A stretch of 64,000 nucleotides of DNA from NCBI GenBank assembly GCA_002083825.1, contig DAZV01000036.1, positions 103,934-167,933 on the forward strand, given 5' to 3'. The notes beneath the pieces were generated by a model. That model was not told the DNA's origin and made no database searches. It saw only the letters and a list, made by a program, of their open reading frames with translations. A program made the translations under genes and the position numbers. Numbering within the stretch: the stretch's first letter is position 1; the number at the start of each line of letters is the position of its first letter. Source of the stretch: Candidatus Sericytochromatia bacterium S15B-MN24 CBMW_12. GTDB taxonomy: Bacteria; Cyanobacteriota; Sericytochromatia; S15B-MN24; UBA4093. Shown piece by piece: positions 50,377 to 59,240 of this stretch.

Positions 50377-50754
50377 ATGAAGCGGATGCAATTTTTGGCG
50401 AGCGTGGTGATCCTGGCGATCTCCGCTTGCGGAACCCCCACGGTCACCCTGCCGGGCAAGGCCCCGGTCATTCAGTCCATGAGTGTCGAGAGCGGGGACG
50501 TTCGCGTCGGCGCCGGCATCAAGCTGATGGCTCAGGCGACCGCGGATTCAAAAGCCCTGAGCTACGCCTGGTCATCGAGCGGCGGCATGATCACCATGCC
50601 GAAGCAGGCCAAGTCCATCTGGCTGGCCCCCACGTCTGTCCCCTACACCCCGTATCCCGTGACCATCGTCCTGACCGTCACCGACGCGCACGGGCGAACC
50701 GACAAGCAAAGCGCTCAGGTCTTGGTCCGAAACCAGGGACTGGCCACTCTCTAG
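50377..50754 (+). CDS. small lipoprotein with PKD/Ig-like beta-sandwich domain
   Basis: Starts MKRMQFLASVVILAISACG (lipobox) and contains ...YAWSSSGG...VTIVLTVTDAHGRTD..., a PKD-like pattern. Confidence 0.6.
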   Translation: MKRMQFLASVVILAISACGTPTVTLPGKAPVIQSMSVESGDVRVGAGIKLMAQATADSKALSYAWSSSGGMITMPKQAKSIWLAPTSVPYTPYPVTIVLTVTDAHGRTDKQSAQVLVRNQGLATL

Positions 50755-50876
50755 CTGAGCCTTGCAGGCGGCCAAGGGTTGCCTAGGAGCACTCGTCGCG
50801 ACGGCCCGATACGGCCGCGGAGTTTTGCGATCCTCGCGGAAGCCGCCGACAACTCCCATGAACAGCTCAACAGCGA

Positions 50877-51133
50877 TTAACCAGGCTAACAATTAACCGC
50901 ATGAACAGTTCGCATGGTTAATCAGTCGCGCGCTTGATCACAGGTCAACCACGGCAATATATAACCTGCTTAACCAATAACCTTGTTAACAGGTATCCTG
51001 GTTAATTAATTAACCAGCTAACCAACGATCTGTTCGGCGAGCGACTTGCTGATTGAGCCACCTGTGAAGCCTGACTAACAGTTAATCTGGTTCATAGTTA
51101 ATTGAGTTAACCATTAACCAAGCTAATTGTTAG
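50877..51133. repeat. AT-rich array of TTAACC/GGTTAA boxes
   Basis: Perfect hexamers start at 50877, 50893, 50970, 51010, 51107 and 51114 (TTAACC) and at 50916 and 51000 (GGTTAA). One-mismatch variants include CTAAC, ATAACC, GTCAACC and GTTAAT. By hand count, 50941-51120 is about 41% G+C. Confidence 0.85.
50998..51017. repeat. 20-bp perfect palindrome CTGGTTAATTAATTAACCAG
   Basis: Read directly. It is the reverse complement of itself and forms the core of the TTAACC array. Confidence 0.9.
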
Positions 51134-51160
51134 TTAGGCTTCGCAACATGCGATCGATCC

Positions 51161-51526
51161 TCATCCGACGACGACGTCCTCCGCCGCTACCGAGAGGGTT
51201 CCGAACTCCTCGGTTCTCACCTTCACGACGATCCGATGCGCCCCTGGCTCCACGTGGGTGTCCTCGACGATCACCGTGACCAATGCTCCCTTGCCGAAGG
51301 CGATGGGGGCCGCTTCGCATACCGACGTCGCAGCGCGCGTGATGCCCGCCTGGGCGAACGCCAGTTCATGGGCTACATAAGTCCTGCCGTCCAGTTCGAC
51401 CTCGTGTACCTCGACGATCCTCGCCGGCATCACGGAATTGTAGAGCGCAAACTTGACGCCTTCCATGCCGTTTTCCAGGCTACCCATCCGATAGAACTGC
51501 TTGAGCATGAACGCTGGCAATTTCAT
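51161..51526 (-). CDS. hypothetical 121-aa protein (no recognisable family)
   Basis: GC3-rich ORF with a protein-like beta-rich sequence (MKLPAFMLKQFYRMGSLENG...). It is divergent from the GNAT operon. Confidence 0.55.
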   Translation of the reverse strand: MKLPAFMLKQFYRMGSLENGMEGVKFALYNSVMPARIVEVHEVELDGRTYVAHELAFAQAGITRAATSVCEAAPIAFGKGALVTVIVEDTHVEPGAHRIVVKVRTEEFGTLSVAAEDVVVG

Positions 51527-51704
51527 TTTGAACCCGTCCTCCTCGCATGACCGTCAACACGTCGTTCTACCTTCTTACAACCCATCGTTCGGCAAGGCAA
51601 GCCCTTGGTATTCCCGCGATCAATTGGGGTAGAATGAACCAAGACAGCGCGTTCCCTCGCGGCGCATCTCCGTGACTGCGGCCCCTAGCCAAAGGAAATC
51701 ACTC

Positions 51705-52880
51705 ATGAGTGGTCTTCTCCGTTCGATACAACTACCGGACGGCCGAGTCCTCGAACTGCGGCGTGCCGGACCCGACGATTCGGACCGCATCGTCGCCCTC
51801 TACGATCATATTTATCAAGGGTCTTACACCCTCGACATCGTCAACGAGCCTGCCGATCGCCTTCAGGCCCTAAAGGATGCCAACCACTACTGGCTCATCG
51901 TCGACGACGGCGAAGCCATCGTCGGCTCCGTCATCCTCGAACTCAATCCCGATCAGCGCCACGGCAAGGTCTTCGCCGCCGTCATGCGAGACGATTTCCG
52001 CCGCTACGACGTCATGAGCCGCCTCATCGGCATGGGCATCCAGAAGCTCATGTACGACGACCGCCTTTGCGACGCCATCTACGCCACCACCCGAACCGCC
52101 AGCATCGGACCCCGCCAGCTGATGAAGAAGCTCGGCTTCGTCAGCCTCGGCATCTTCCCCAACGTCCACCGCCTCGCCGAGTACGAAACCCACGGCCTCA
52201 GCGCCCTCTTCCACTCCGATGCATGGCAGAAGCGCCGCCGTCTTCCCAAGCTCATCCCTGAGGTCGAAGGCTTCTACCGCGTCATCCGGCAGACCTTCCA
52301 CCTGGAACCCGCCGAGATCATGCCCGCCAAGCACCAGCCCAAGCTCAAGATGATCCGCGGCGAGGCCGTCGGCCAAGAGCTCGAGCAAGAACGCAAATCC
52401 GGCGCTCTTCTCATGGACTTCTTTCCCTTCCACAAGGCCAACTTCCTCTTCGCCAACGACGACCGCAGCGTCAGCGCCTTCGTCAACTACGAGGGCAAGG
52501 ACGGCTACGGCACCCTCGTCGCCCTCAAGGCCCCCATCGAGGACCTTCGAGGCGTCCTCGAAGCGGTCTTCGAGATGGGACAGCGCATCGGGATCGTCTA
52601 CATGGAAATCCTCGTCGACGCCTACGAACCCCGCATGCAACGCGCGGCCCTCGCGGCCCAATTCCTGCCCTGCGCGTATTTCCCCAGCATGCAGCAGACC
52701 GATGACGACCGGAAGGACTTCCTTGTCTTCGCCCGCTCCATGCTGCCCCTCAACTTCTCCAACGTGCAGATGACCCCACGCGATCGCCAGTTCCTCGACC
52801 ACTACCTCCAGAACACCGAGTTCCGGAACCTGGTCGTCAAGATGCACTTCACCGGCCCCCTCGACGAGGGACGCCCGTGA
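51705..52880 (+). CDS. two-lobed GNAT-like acyltransferase
   Basis: N-terminal GNAT pattern (ELRRAGPDDSDRIVALY...WLIVDDGEAIVGSVILE...KLGFVSLGIF) plus a second GNAT-like half. ATG 51705 follows AAGGA. GTG 51672 is the ORF-track start. Confidence 0.7.
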   Translation: MSGLLRSIQLPDGRVLELRRAGPDDSDRIVALYDHIYQGSYTLDIVNEPADRLQALKDANHYWLIVDDGEAIVGSVILELNPDQRHGKVFAAVMRDDFRRYDVMSRLIGMGIQKLMYDDRLCDAIYATTRTASIGPRQLMKKLGFVSLGIFPNVHRLAEYETHGLSALFHSDAWQKRRRLPKLIPEVEGFYRVIRQTFHLEPAEIMPAKHQPKLKMIRGEAVGQELEQERKSGALLMDFFPFHKANFLFANDDRSVSAFVNYEGKDGYGTLVALKAPIEDLRGVLEAVFEMGQRIGIVYMEILVDAYEPRMQRAALAAQFLPCAYFPSMQQTDDDRKDFLVFARSMLPLNFSNVQMTPRDRQFLDHYLQNTEFRNLVVKMHFTGPLDEGRP

Positions 52881-54202
52881 ACGCCAACATAGAGGGCGAT
52901 CGCGCGGACCTGCTCGCCGCTCCCGAAATCGAAGCCCTTTCCCGCCTGAAGCTGCGCACCCTGCTCGAGATTGCCCGCGCGCGCTCCCCCTTCTACCGCG
53001 ATCGTCTCCAGGACCTTCCCCTTCACGACCCCGACGTCCTCTCCGCCATTCCCGTCCTGACCCAGGAAGACCTCGTGGCCAACAGCCCCCCCGAGAGCGA
53101 AGCCCTGCTCACCGGCCCCCTGACCGCGGCCTATCTCTTCCGAAGCGGCGGAACCACCGGCGCCCCCAAGTTCTCACCCTTCGCCGTCACCGAATTCCAG
53201 CGCTGGATCGCCATCTTCCAGCGCACCTACGGCGCAGCGGGCCTGGTCGCCAGCGATCGCGTCGCCAACCTCTTCGTCAGCGGCAGCCTCTATGCCTCCT
53301 TCATCTTCATCAACCGGATGATCGAGGAGATGGGCTGCCTCAACCTCCCCTTCACCTCCGCGGCTCCCCCCGACACCGTCAGTAGCCAGCTGGAGCGCTT
53401 CGACGTCAACGTGCTCATGGGCATCCCGTCCTGGCTGCTGGAAGTCGTCTCCGAACTCTCCCCCCTCGCCGCCAGCCGCGTCACCAAGGTCTTCTACGGC
53501 GGAGAGAACCTCTACCCCGAGGAACGCGAATGGCTCCATGAACGCCTTCCCAACCTCGACATCATCGCCTCGGGCGGCTACGCAGCCGTCGACTCCGGCA
53601 TGATAGGCTTCCAGTGCCAGGCGGCCCCCGCCTCGGTTCATCACGTCCACGCCGACCATGTCATCCTCGAACTCGTCGATCCCGAGACCCTGCAGCCCGT
53701 CGCCCCGGGCGAGGTCGGACTCATCCTGGTCACCACCCTCGATCGCCACCTGATGCCCCTCATCCGCTACCGCATCGGCGACGTCGGCCGCTGGGTTCCC
53801 GGAGACTGCCCATGCGGCCGAAGCATGCCCCGATTCGAGCTGCTCGGACGCGGGGACGACACCCTCCGCATCGGCATCGCCACCGTGGGCATCGACGAGA
53901 TCCTCCCCGCCATCGCCCAGATCCCCGGGCTCTCGACCCACGCCCAGATCGTCAAGGAGCGAATCGCGCGCAAGGACCAGCTGACCGTGCGCGTCGAGCG
54001 CCTCCCCGCCACTGAACTGCCCCCCGAGGCGCTTTCGGACGCCCTCGGCAAGCTGATCCGGCTCCAGAAGCCCGACCTCGCCAAGCTCGAGGCCAGCGGC
54101 TACGTCCATCCGCTGCGCATCGAGGTCCTGGAGCCCCGCTGCATCGGGCGCGTCACGGTGACCGGAAAGATTCGCCGCGTGGTCGATAGGTCCCGGGAGT
54201 AA
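52877..54202 (+). CDS. PaaK / coenzyme-F390-synthetase-type adenylate-forming enzyme
   Basis: P-loop FRSGGTTGAPK, then CPCGRSMPRFELLGRGDD (the PaaK-family C-terminal hinge region). GTGA overlap with the upstream gene. Confidence 0.85.
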   Translation: MNANIEGDRADLLAAPEIEALSRLKLRTLLEIARARSPFYRDRLQDLPLHDPDVLSAIPVLTQEDLVANSPPESEALLTGPLTAAYLFRSGGTTGAPKFSPFAVTEFQRWIAIFQRTYGAAGLVASDRVANLFVSGSLYASFIFINRMIEEMGCLNLPFTSAAPPDTVSSQLERFDVNVLMGIPSWLLEVVSELSPLAASRVTKVFYGGENLYPEEREWLHERLPNLDIIASGGYAAVDSGMIGFQCQAAPASVHHVHADHVILELVDPETLQPVAPGEVGLILVTTLDRHLMPLIRYRIGDVGRWVPGDCPCGRSMPRFELLGRGDDTLRIGIATVGIDEILPAIAQIPGLSTHAQIVKERIARKDQLTVRVERLPATELPPEALSDALGKLIRLQKPDLAKLEASGYVHPLRIEVLEPRCIGRVTVTGKIRRVVDRSRE

Positions 54203-54207
54203 CGCGC

Positions 54208-55326
54208 ATGTCCGCCATCGATCGCCTGGTAGAAATCGACGAACTCTACGACCTCACGCCCGCGCATGACGAGGCCTTCCTCGCGGCCATGCGCCAAGCC
54301 AGCTCCTGGCATGTCGAGCGCTCCCCCGTCTTTCGGAACCTTTCCCGCAAACACGGATTCAGACCCGACGATCTGCGGCGCATCTCGGACGTCTCGCGCT
54401 TGCCCTACGTCTTCGTGAACGCCTTCAAGCAGTACGAGATCCTCTCCGTCCCGCGCGAGGATATCGTTTTGACCCTCACCTCGTCCGGGACTTCCGGCCA
54501 GAAGAGCCAGATCATGTTCGACGCGCCGTCGCTCGACCGCGGCCTGCGCATGGTCGAGCGCGTTTTTGAAAGCATGGATCTCAAGCGCCCGGAGCAACTC
54601 GTCAACTACATCCTCTTCGCCTACGATCCCGAGGAAGCCCGCATGGTCGGCACGTCCTACACCGACGACAACCTGACCAACCTGACCCGCAAGGGCAAGC
54701 TCTACCATGCCCTCCGCTGGAACCCCGACAAGCTCGAGTTCGAGTTCCGCCCCGCCGAGTGCTATGCCAAGCTCCTCGAGTATGCCGCGGAAGGGCTGCC
54801 GGTTCGATTGCTCGGATTTCCCGCCTTCCTGCATCGGCTGGTCCGCTTCCACCAGGAATCCGGCGCCCCGCCGCTCGACCTCGGCCAGGACTCCTACGTC
54901 CTCACCGGCGGCGGCTGGAAGACCTCCGAGCAATCCGCCATCGACAAGGACTCCTTCATCGCCGACGTCTCCCGGACCCTCGGCATTCCCCCGGGAAACC
55001 TCCGAGACGGTTACGGTCTGGTCGAACATGGGATCGCCTACATCGAATGCGAGCATCATCGCTTCCACGTTCCCGCCTTCGCGCGCGCCTTCGCCCGCGA
55101 CGTCGCCACCCTCGACCTCCTGCCCGAGGGTGAGACCGGCTTTCTCCAGCTCGTCACCCCCTACATGCAATCCATGCCGACCCTCTCCCTCCTCACCAGC
55201 GATCTCGCCGAGGTGGGCGGAAACTGCCCGTGTGGCCGAAAGTCCGGAACCATCATGCTGCGAGGGCGTGCCGGAACCCGCAAGAACAAGGGTTGCGCCA
55301 TCACGGCCGCGCAGCTCTTGAAGTAG
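54208..55326 (+). CDS. LuxE-type acyl-protein synthetase
   Basis: Contains LTSSGTSGQKS, TGGGWK and CPCGRKSGTIMLRGR. Size (372 aa) and motif order match the LuxE family. Confidence 0.85.
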   Translation: MSAIDRLVEIDELYDLTPAHDEAFLAAMRQASSWHVERSPVFRNLSRKHGFRPDDLRRISDVSRLPYVFVNAFKQYEILSVPREDIVLTLTSSGTSGQKSQIMFDAPSLDRGLRMVERVFESMDLKRPEQLVNYILFAYDPEEARMVGTSYTDDNLTNLTRKGKLYHALRWNPDKLEFEFRPAECYAKLLEYAAEGLPVRLLGFPAFLHRLVRFHQESGAPPLDLGQDSYVLTGGGWKTSEQSAIDKDSFIADVSRTLGIPPGNLRDGYGLVEHGIAYIECEHHRFHVPAFARAFARDVATLDLLPEGETGFLQLVTPYMQSMPTLSLLTSDLAEVGGNCPCGRKSGTIMLRGRAGTRKNKGCAITAAQLLK

Positions 55327-55336
55327 GAGACCTCCC

Positions 55337-57979
55337 ATGCACTACCTCTTCGGCCGCTCCTTCGAGGGCCGGATCGACGATTCCCAGGCGCGGACGATTC
55401 TCTCCGAGGCCCGCTCGCGCCGCGCGGCGTTTCGGCGGGTCCCGCTGGAAACCATCGTCAGCGTTCTCGAACGCGCGGGGCGCCGATGGTCCGATCCGCA
55501 AGATCCCCTTTACAAGCAGATTCTGGCCGAAGCTCCCGCCCAGATAGGCTTCAGTCGCCCCATGGTCGAAGCGGAGCTAAGAAGCGTCGCCCTGGCCCTG
55601 AGTCGCCCCTACCTCGTCCCCAAGATCGCCAGGGAACTTGGAAGCCCCGGTGTCCTGGACGGCTGGACCGGCGGCTTCGCTCAGCCCTTCACCCGGGCGA
55701 TGCCCCGCGGAGTGGTCTTGCACGTCGCGAGCGGAAACGTGCTCAGCGCCGGAGCCCTCAGCATGGTGGAGGGAATGCTCACCAAGAATATCAACCTCCT
55801 CAAGGCCGCGAGCCGCGCCACGCTCTTCCCCTCGGCCTTCGCCCGGTCCATCCGGGAAGTCGACGAGGAGGGACTCGTCGCCGAATCCTTCGCCGTGCTA
55901 TCGTGGCCCGGATCCGGCAGCCAGGTCCACCGCATCTTCCAGCAAGACTGCGATGCCATCGTGGTCTGGGGTGGCGAGGACGTCGTCAGGACCTACCGGG
56001 AGGGTCTCGGACTCAAGTGCAAGCTCATCGAGTACGGCCCCAAGGTCAGCTTCGGGGCGATCGCCTCCGAGCGCCTCGACCACCCCGATACCGCCAGGGA
56101 TGCCGCCCTGGCCGTGGCCCTCTGGGATCAAAGCGCATGCTCCAGCCCCCAGGTCCTCTACGTCGAGGATGCCGGCCCCGACCACCAGGCCACCCTCGCC
56201 TTCGTCGATAGGCTCGCCTCCGCCCTCGCCGACGTTCAGCAAACGCTGCCCCAGGGGCCACTGGACCTTCAGGAGCGCGCCGAACTCACCAAAGAGCGGC
56301 TGGTCGCCGAGGTCACGGAAGCCCTGGATCGCGGCGTCCTGCGAACCCCGGGGCGCGAACCCGACTGGACCGTCATCGCGGAGTGGGATCCCGAGTTCAA
56401 GCTCTCGCCCCTCTTTCGCACGATCTTCGTCAAGCCGGTCGCCGACCTCGCGTCCGTCCCCGAACTCGTCGCGCCCTATGCCGACTATCTTCAAACCGCG
56501 GGCATCGCCGCCGCCCCCGAACGCGTGAGCCTCCTCGCCGAAAGCCTCTTCGACATGGGCTTGCTGAGGGTCACGACCCTCGCGGGCATGTCCGGTGGCG
56601 AACCCGGCGAACCTCATGATGGGGGCTACGCCCTGCATGCGCTCGTCAAGTGGGTCACCATGGGCTTCCGGGAAGAAACCGAGCGGTATGATGCCGCCGA
56701 GTGGCATTCCCCCGAAACGACCGAGGGCCTGACCTTCGCCAAGCTGAAGCACCTGCTCGAGGACGTCGCCCCCCAGGCCCCCCTCTACCGCGAGCGCCTC
56801 GCAGGCCTGCAATTACGCTCCATGGCCGACTGGACGGGGGTTCCCACCCTGAGCAAGGACGACCTTCGCGCGGGCACTCCCCCCCGCAGCGAGGACCTCT
56901 TCACCGGGGATCCCCTAGGAGCCCACTTCCTGCGGAGCGGCGGCTCGACCGGCGAACCGGCCCTCTCGGCCTTCGCCTACCCCGATTACGAGGCCGACAT
57001 GGCCCGCGCCGCCCGCGGTCTCTTCGCGCTGGGCCTGAGACCCGGAGACCGCGTCGCCAACCTCTTCATGGCGGGACACCTCTACGGCTCCTTCCTTTCC
57101 ATCAACCGCGCCCTCGAACTCGTCGGCTGCAACAGCTTCCCCTTCACCAGCGCCACCCCCGCCAAGGAGCTGCCGGCCTTGCTGAGGGCCTACGGCATCG
57201 AGGTCCTCGCGGGCCTGCCGTCCTGGCTCATGGAGGTCTTCGACGCCATTCGCCAGGATCCCATCGGCGTCACCATCCGCAAGGTCTTCTACACCGGTGA
57301 GCACTTCTACCCCCAAGACCGCGAGCGTCTCGCCCGCGAGTTCGGCATCCTGCAATTCGGAAGCCTCGGCTACGGCACCGTCGACGCGGGCCCCATCGGC
57401 TACCAGTGCGCCGAAAGCCACGGCGGCGTCCATCACCTCCACTCCGATCATCAGTTCATCGAGATCGTCGACTCCGAATCCCTCCAGGCCGTCCCCGCGG
57501 GAGAGCCCGGCGAACTGCTGATCACCAACCTCAACCGCCGGCTCATGCCGGTCGTTCGCTACCGGATTGGCGATCGCGCCCGCTGGATCCCCGAAAGCTG
57601 CCCTTGCGGCCGAAGCACCCCCCGCTTCGAACTTCTCGGACGCTGCGACGACATGATGGTCCTCGGCGGGATCAACCTCACCTACGCCGAACTGCACGAG
57701 GCCGCCCTCGCCGTCGACGGCGTGAACGCTCCGCTGCAACTCGTTCTCTCCCGCGCGGAGAATCGCGACCGCCTCACCCTGCGCATCGAGGCCTCCGAAC
57801 CGCGCCTCGCCGACGCCCTGGCCGAAGGCCTCCTCGCCCGCGTCGACATGCTCCGCCGGATCATCGACCGCGGCCAGCTGAACCCGCTCGCCGTCGAGGT
57901 CCTCCCGCCCGGCGGCATCGAGCGCTTGCCGCGAACGGGCAAGATCCGAAACGTGATCGACCGGAGAAACGATGCCTGA
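55337..57979 (+). CDS. fusion protein: LuxC-type acyl-CoA reductase (N) + PaaK/F390-synthetase-type adenylase (C)
   Basis: N-terminal part: HVASGNVLSAGALSMVEGMLTKNINLLKAAS and WDQSACSSPQVLYVE (LuxC catalytic Cys context). C-terminal part (from about aa 440): LRSGGSTGEP, CPCGRSTPRFELLGRCDDMMV, paralogous to 52877..54202. Confidence 0.85.
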   Translation: MHYLFGRSFEGRIDDSQARTILSEARSRRAAFRRVPLETIVSVLERAGRRWSDPQDPLYKQILAEAPAQIGFSRPMVEAELRSVALALSRPYLVPKIARELGSPGVLDGWTGGFAQPFTRAMPRGVVLHVASGNVLSAGALSMVEGMLTKNINLLKAASRATLFPSAFARSIREVDEEGLVAESFAVLSWPGSGSQVHRIFQQDCDAIVVWGGEDVVRTYREGLGLKCKLIEYGPKVSFGAIASERLDHPDTARDAALAVALWDQSACSSPQVLYVEDAGPDHQATLAFVDRLASALADVQQTLPQGPLDLQERAELTKERLVAEVTEALDRGVLRTPGREPDWTVIAEWDPEFKLSPLFRTIFVKPVADLASVPELVAPYADYLQTAGIAAAPERVSLLAESLFDMGLLRVTTLAGMSGGEPGEPHDGGYALHALVKWVTMGFREETERYDAAEWHSPETTEGLTFAKLKHLLEDVAPQAPLYRERLAGLQLRSMADWTGVPTLSKDDLRAGTPPRSEDLFTGDPLGAHFLRSGGSTGEPALSAFAYPDYEADMARAARGLFALGLRPGDRVANLFMAGHLYGSFLSINRALELVGCNSFPFTSATPAKELPALLRAYGIEVLAGLPSWLMEVFDAIRQDPIGVTIRKVFYTGEHFYPQDRERLAREFGILQFGSLGYGTVDAGPIGYQCAESHGGVHHLHSDHQFIEIVDSESLQAVPAGEPGELLITNLNRRLMPVVRYRIGDRARWIPESCPCGRSTPRFELLGRCDDMMVLGGINLTYAELHEAALAVDGVNAPLQLVLSRAENRDRLTLRIEASEPRLADALAEGLLARVDMLRRIIDRGQLNPLAVEVLPPGGIERLPRTGKIRNVIDRRNDA

Positions 57980-59240
57980 AACGCGCACCCTGGGAACCCG
58001 CCGCCGTCATCCGACGCTCGGGCGCAACCGGGACTTCCTCCTCCTCTGGTCCGGACAAGGCGTCTCCCAGATAGGCACCAAGGTCCTTCAACTCGCCCTC
58101 GTCTGGTGGGCCCTCGAAAACGGCGGCAGCCTGGCCGCCGTGAGCGGCGCGCTGGTGGCGACCTCCCTGCCCTTCGTGATCGTCGGCCTCTTCGCGGGAC
58201 TGCTCGCGGACAAGTTCGACCGCCGCACCCTGATGATCGCCTGCGAAGCCGGAAACGGCTTTTTCGTCGCCGCTCTCGCCTACCTGGCGTTCACCGACCA
58301 GCTCACCCTCCCCCTCCTGATGGCCGGCACCGCCCTGGTCTCCACCCTGGGCGCCGTCTTCAGCCCCGCGGCCATGGCGGCCATTCCCGACCTCGTCGAT
58401 GAACCCGACCTGCTCCGCGCCAACTCGCTGCAGGAAATGACGGCCCAGGGTGCCCTCGTCTTCGGCCCCGCCCTGGGCGGCGCCCTGCTCGCCACCATCG
58501 GAGCCCCCGCGGCCTTTCTCGCCACCGCCATCACCTACGGGCTGAGCAGCCTCTGCATGCTGGCGTTCCGCCTGGAACGCCGCGCCAGCGCTCCGAACGC
58601 CTCGGAAGCCCCCGCCGCCCCCCACCTCCTGCAGGAACTCGTCGGCGGCTTCGCCGTCCTCAGGGAAAACCGCACCATCGCAACCCTGCTCGGCCTCTTC
58701 GCCGTCGCGAACTTCCTGCTCGTTCCCATCACCGTGTTTCTACCGTACTACGCCAAGGAGGTCTTCGCGGTGGGCGCCGGCGGCCTCGGCATGCTCGAAG
58801 GCAGCATCGGCGTCGGCATGATCGTCGGAGCCGTCGCCCTCATCCGAAAAGGCGACGTCAAGAGGCGCCGCCGTGCCATCCAATGCGGCCTCGCGATTCC
58901 GGGCCTGGCGCTGGTCGGGATGGGCCTATGGGCCTATTTCCCCGGGTTTCTCGTGGCTCTCTTCATCCTGGGAGCCGCCTTGTCGGTCATGAATGTCGTC
59001 TCGATGACCTACTTCCAGGAAAACGTACCTCCCGAACGGCTCGGACGCTTCATGGGCCTCTTGATGACGATCATCATGGCCCTGATGCCCCTTTCCTACG
59101 CCGCGGCCGGACTCGCGACGCTCGGAATCCCCGCAGGAAGCCTCATGACGGCTGCGGGGGCGCTGCTCCTGCTGCTGGGACTCGGCTTGCCCCTGCTGGG
59201 ATCGTTGAAACCACTGGCGATCGGAGAGAAACATGGTTGA
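57972..59240 (+). CDS. MFS transporter
   Basis: About 12 TM segments, N-terminal RNRDFLLLWSGQGVSQIG and GLLADKFDRR (MFS loop 2-3 motif). Overlaps both neighbours by 8 nt. Confidence 0.85.
   Translation: MPETRTLGTRRRHPTLGRNRDFLLLWSGQGVSQIGTKVLQLALVWWALENGGSLAAVSGALVATSLPFVIVGLFAGLLADKFDRRTLMIACEAGNGFFVAALAYLAFTDQLTLPLLMAGTALVSTLGAVFSPAAMAAIPDLVDEPDLLRANSLQEMTAQGALVFGPALGGALLATIGAPAAFLATAITYGLSSLCMLAFRLERRASAPNASEAPAAPHLLQELVGGFAVLRENRTIATLLGLFAVANFLLVPITVFLPYYAKEVFAVGAGGLGMLEGSIGVGMIVGAVALIRKGDVKRRRRAIQCGLAIPGLALVGMGLWAYFPGFLVALFILGAALSVMNVVSMTYFQENVPPERLGRFMGLLMTIIMALMPLSYAAAGLATLGIPAGSLMTAAGALLLLLGLGLPLLGSLKPLAIGEKHG

Noticed and set aside
50858-50921. Mini-ORFs in the AT-rich array: ATGAACAGCTCAACAGCGATTAACCAGGCTAACAATTAA (12 aa) and ATGAACAGTTCGCATGGTTAA (6 aa)
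   Set aside because: No Shine-Dalgarno precedes either. The shared ATGAACAG is better explained as part of the repeated DNA motif (GAACAG/CTGTTC also occurs at 51040), and the stop codons are simply the TTAA of the boxes.
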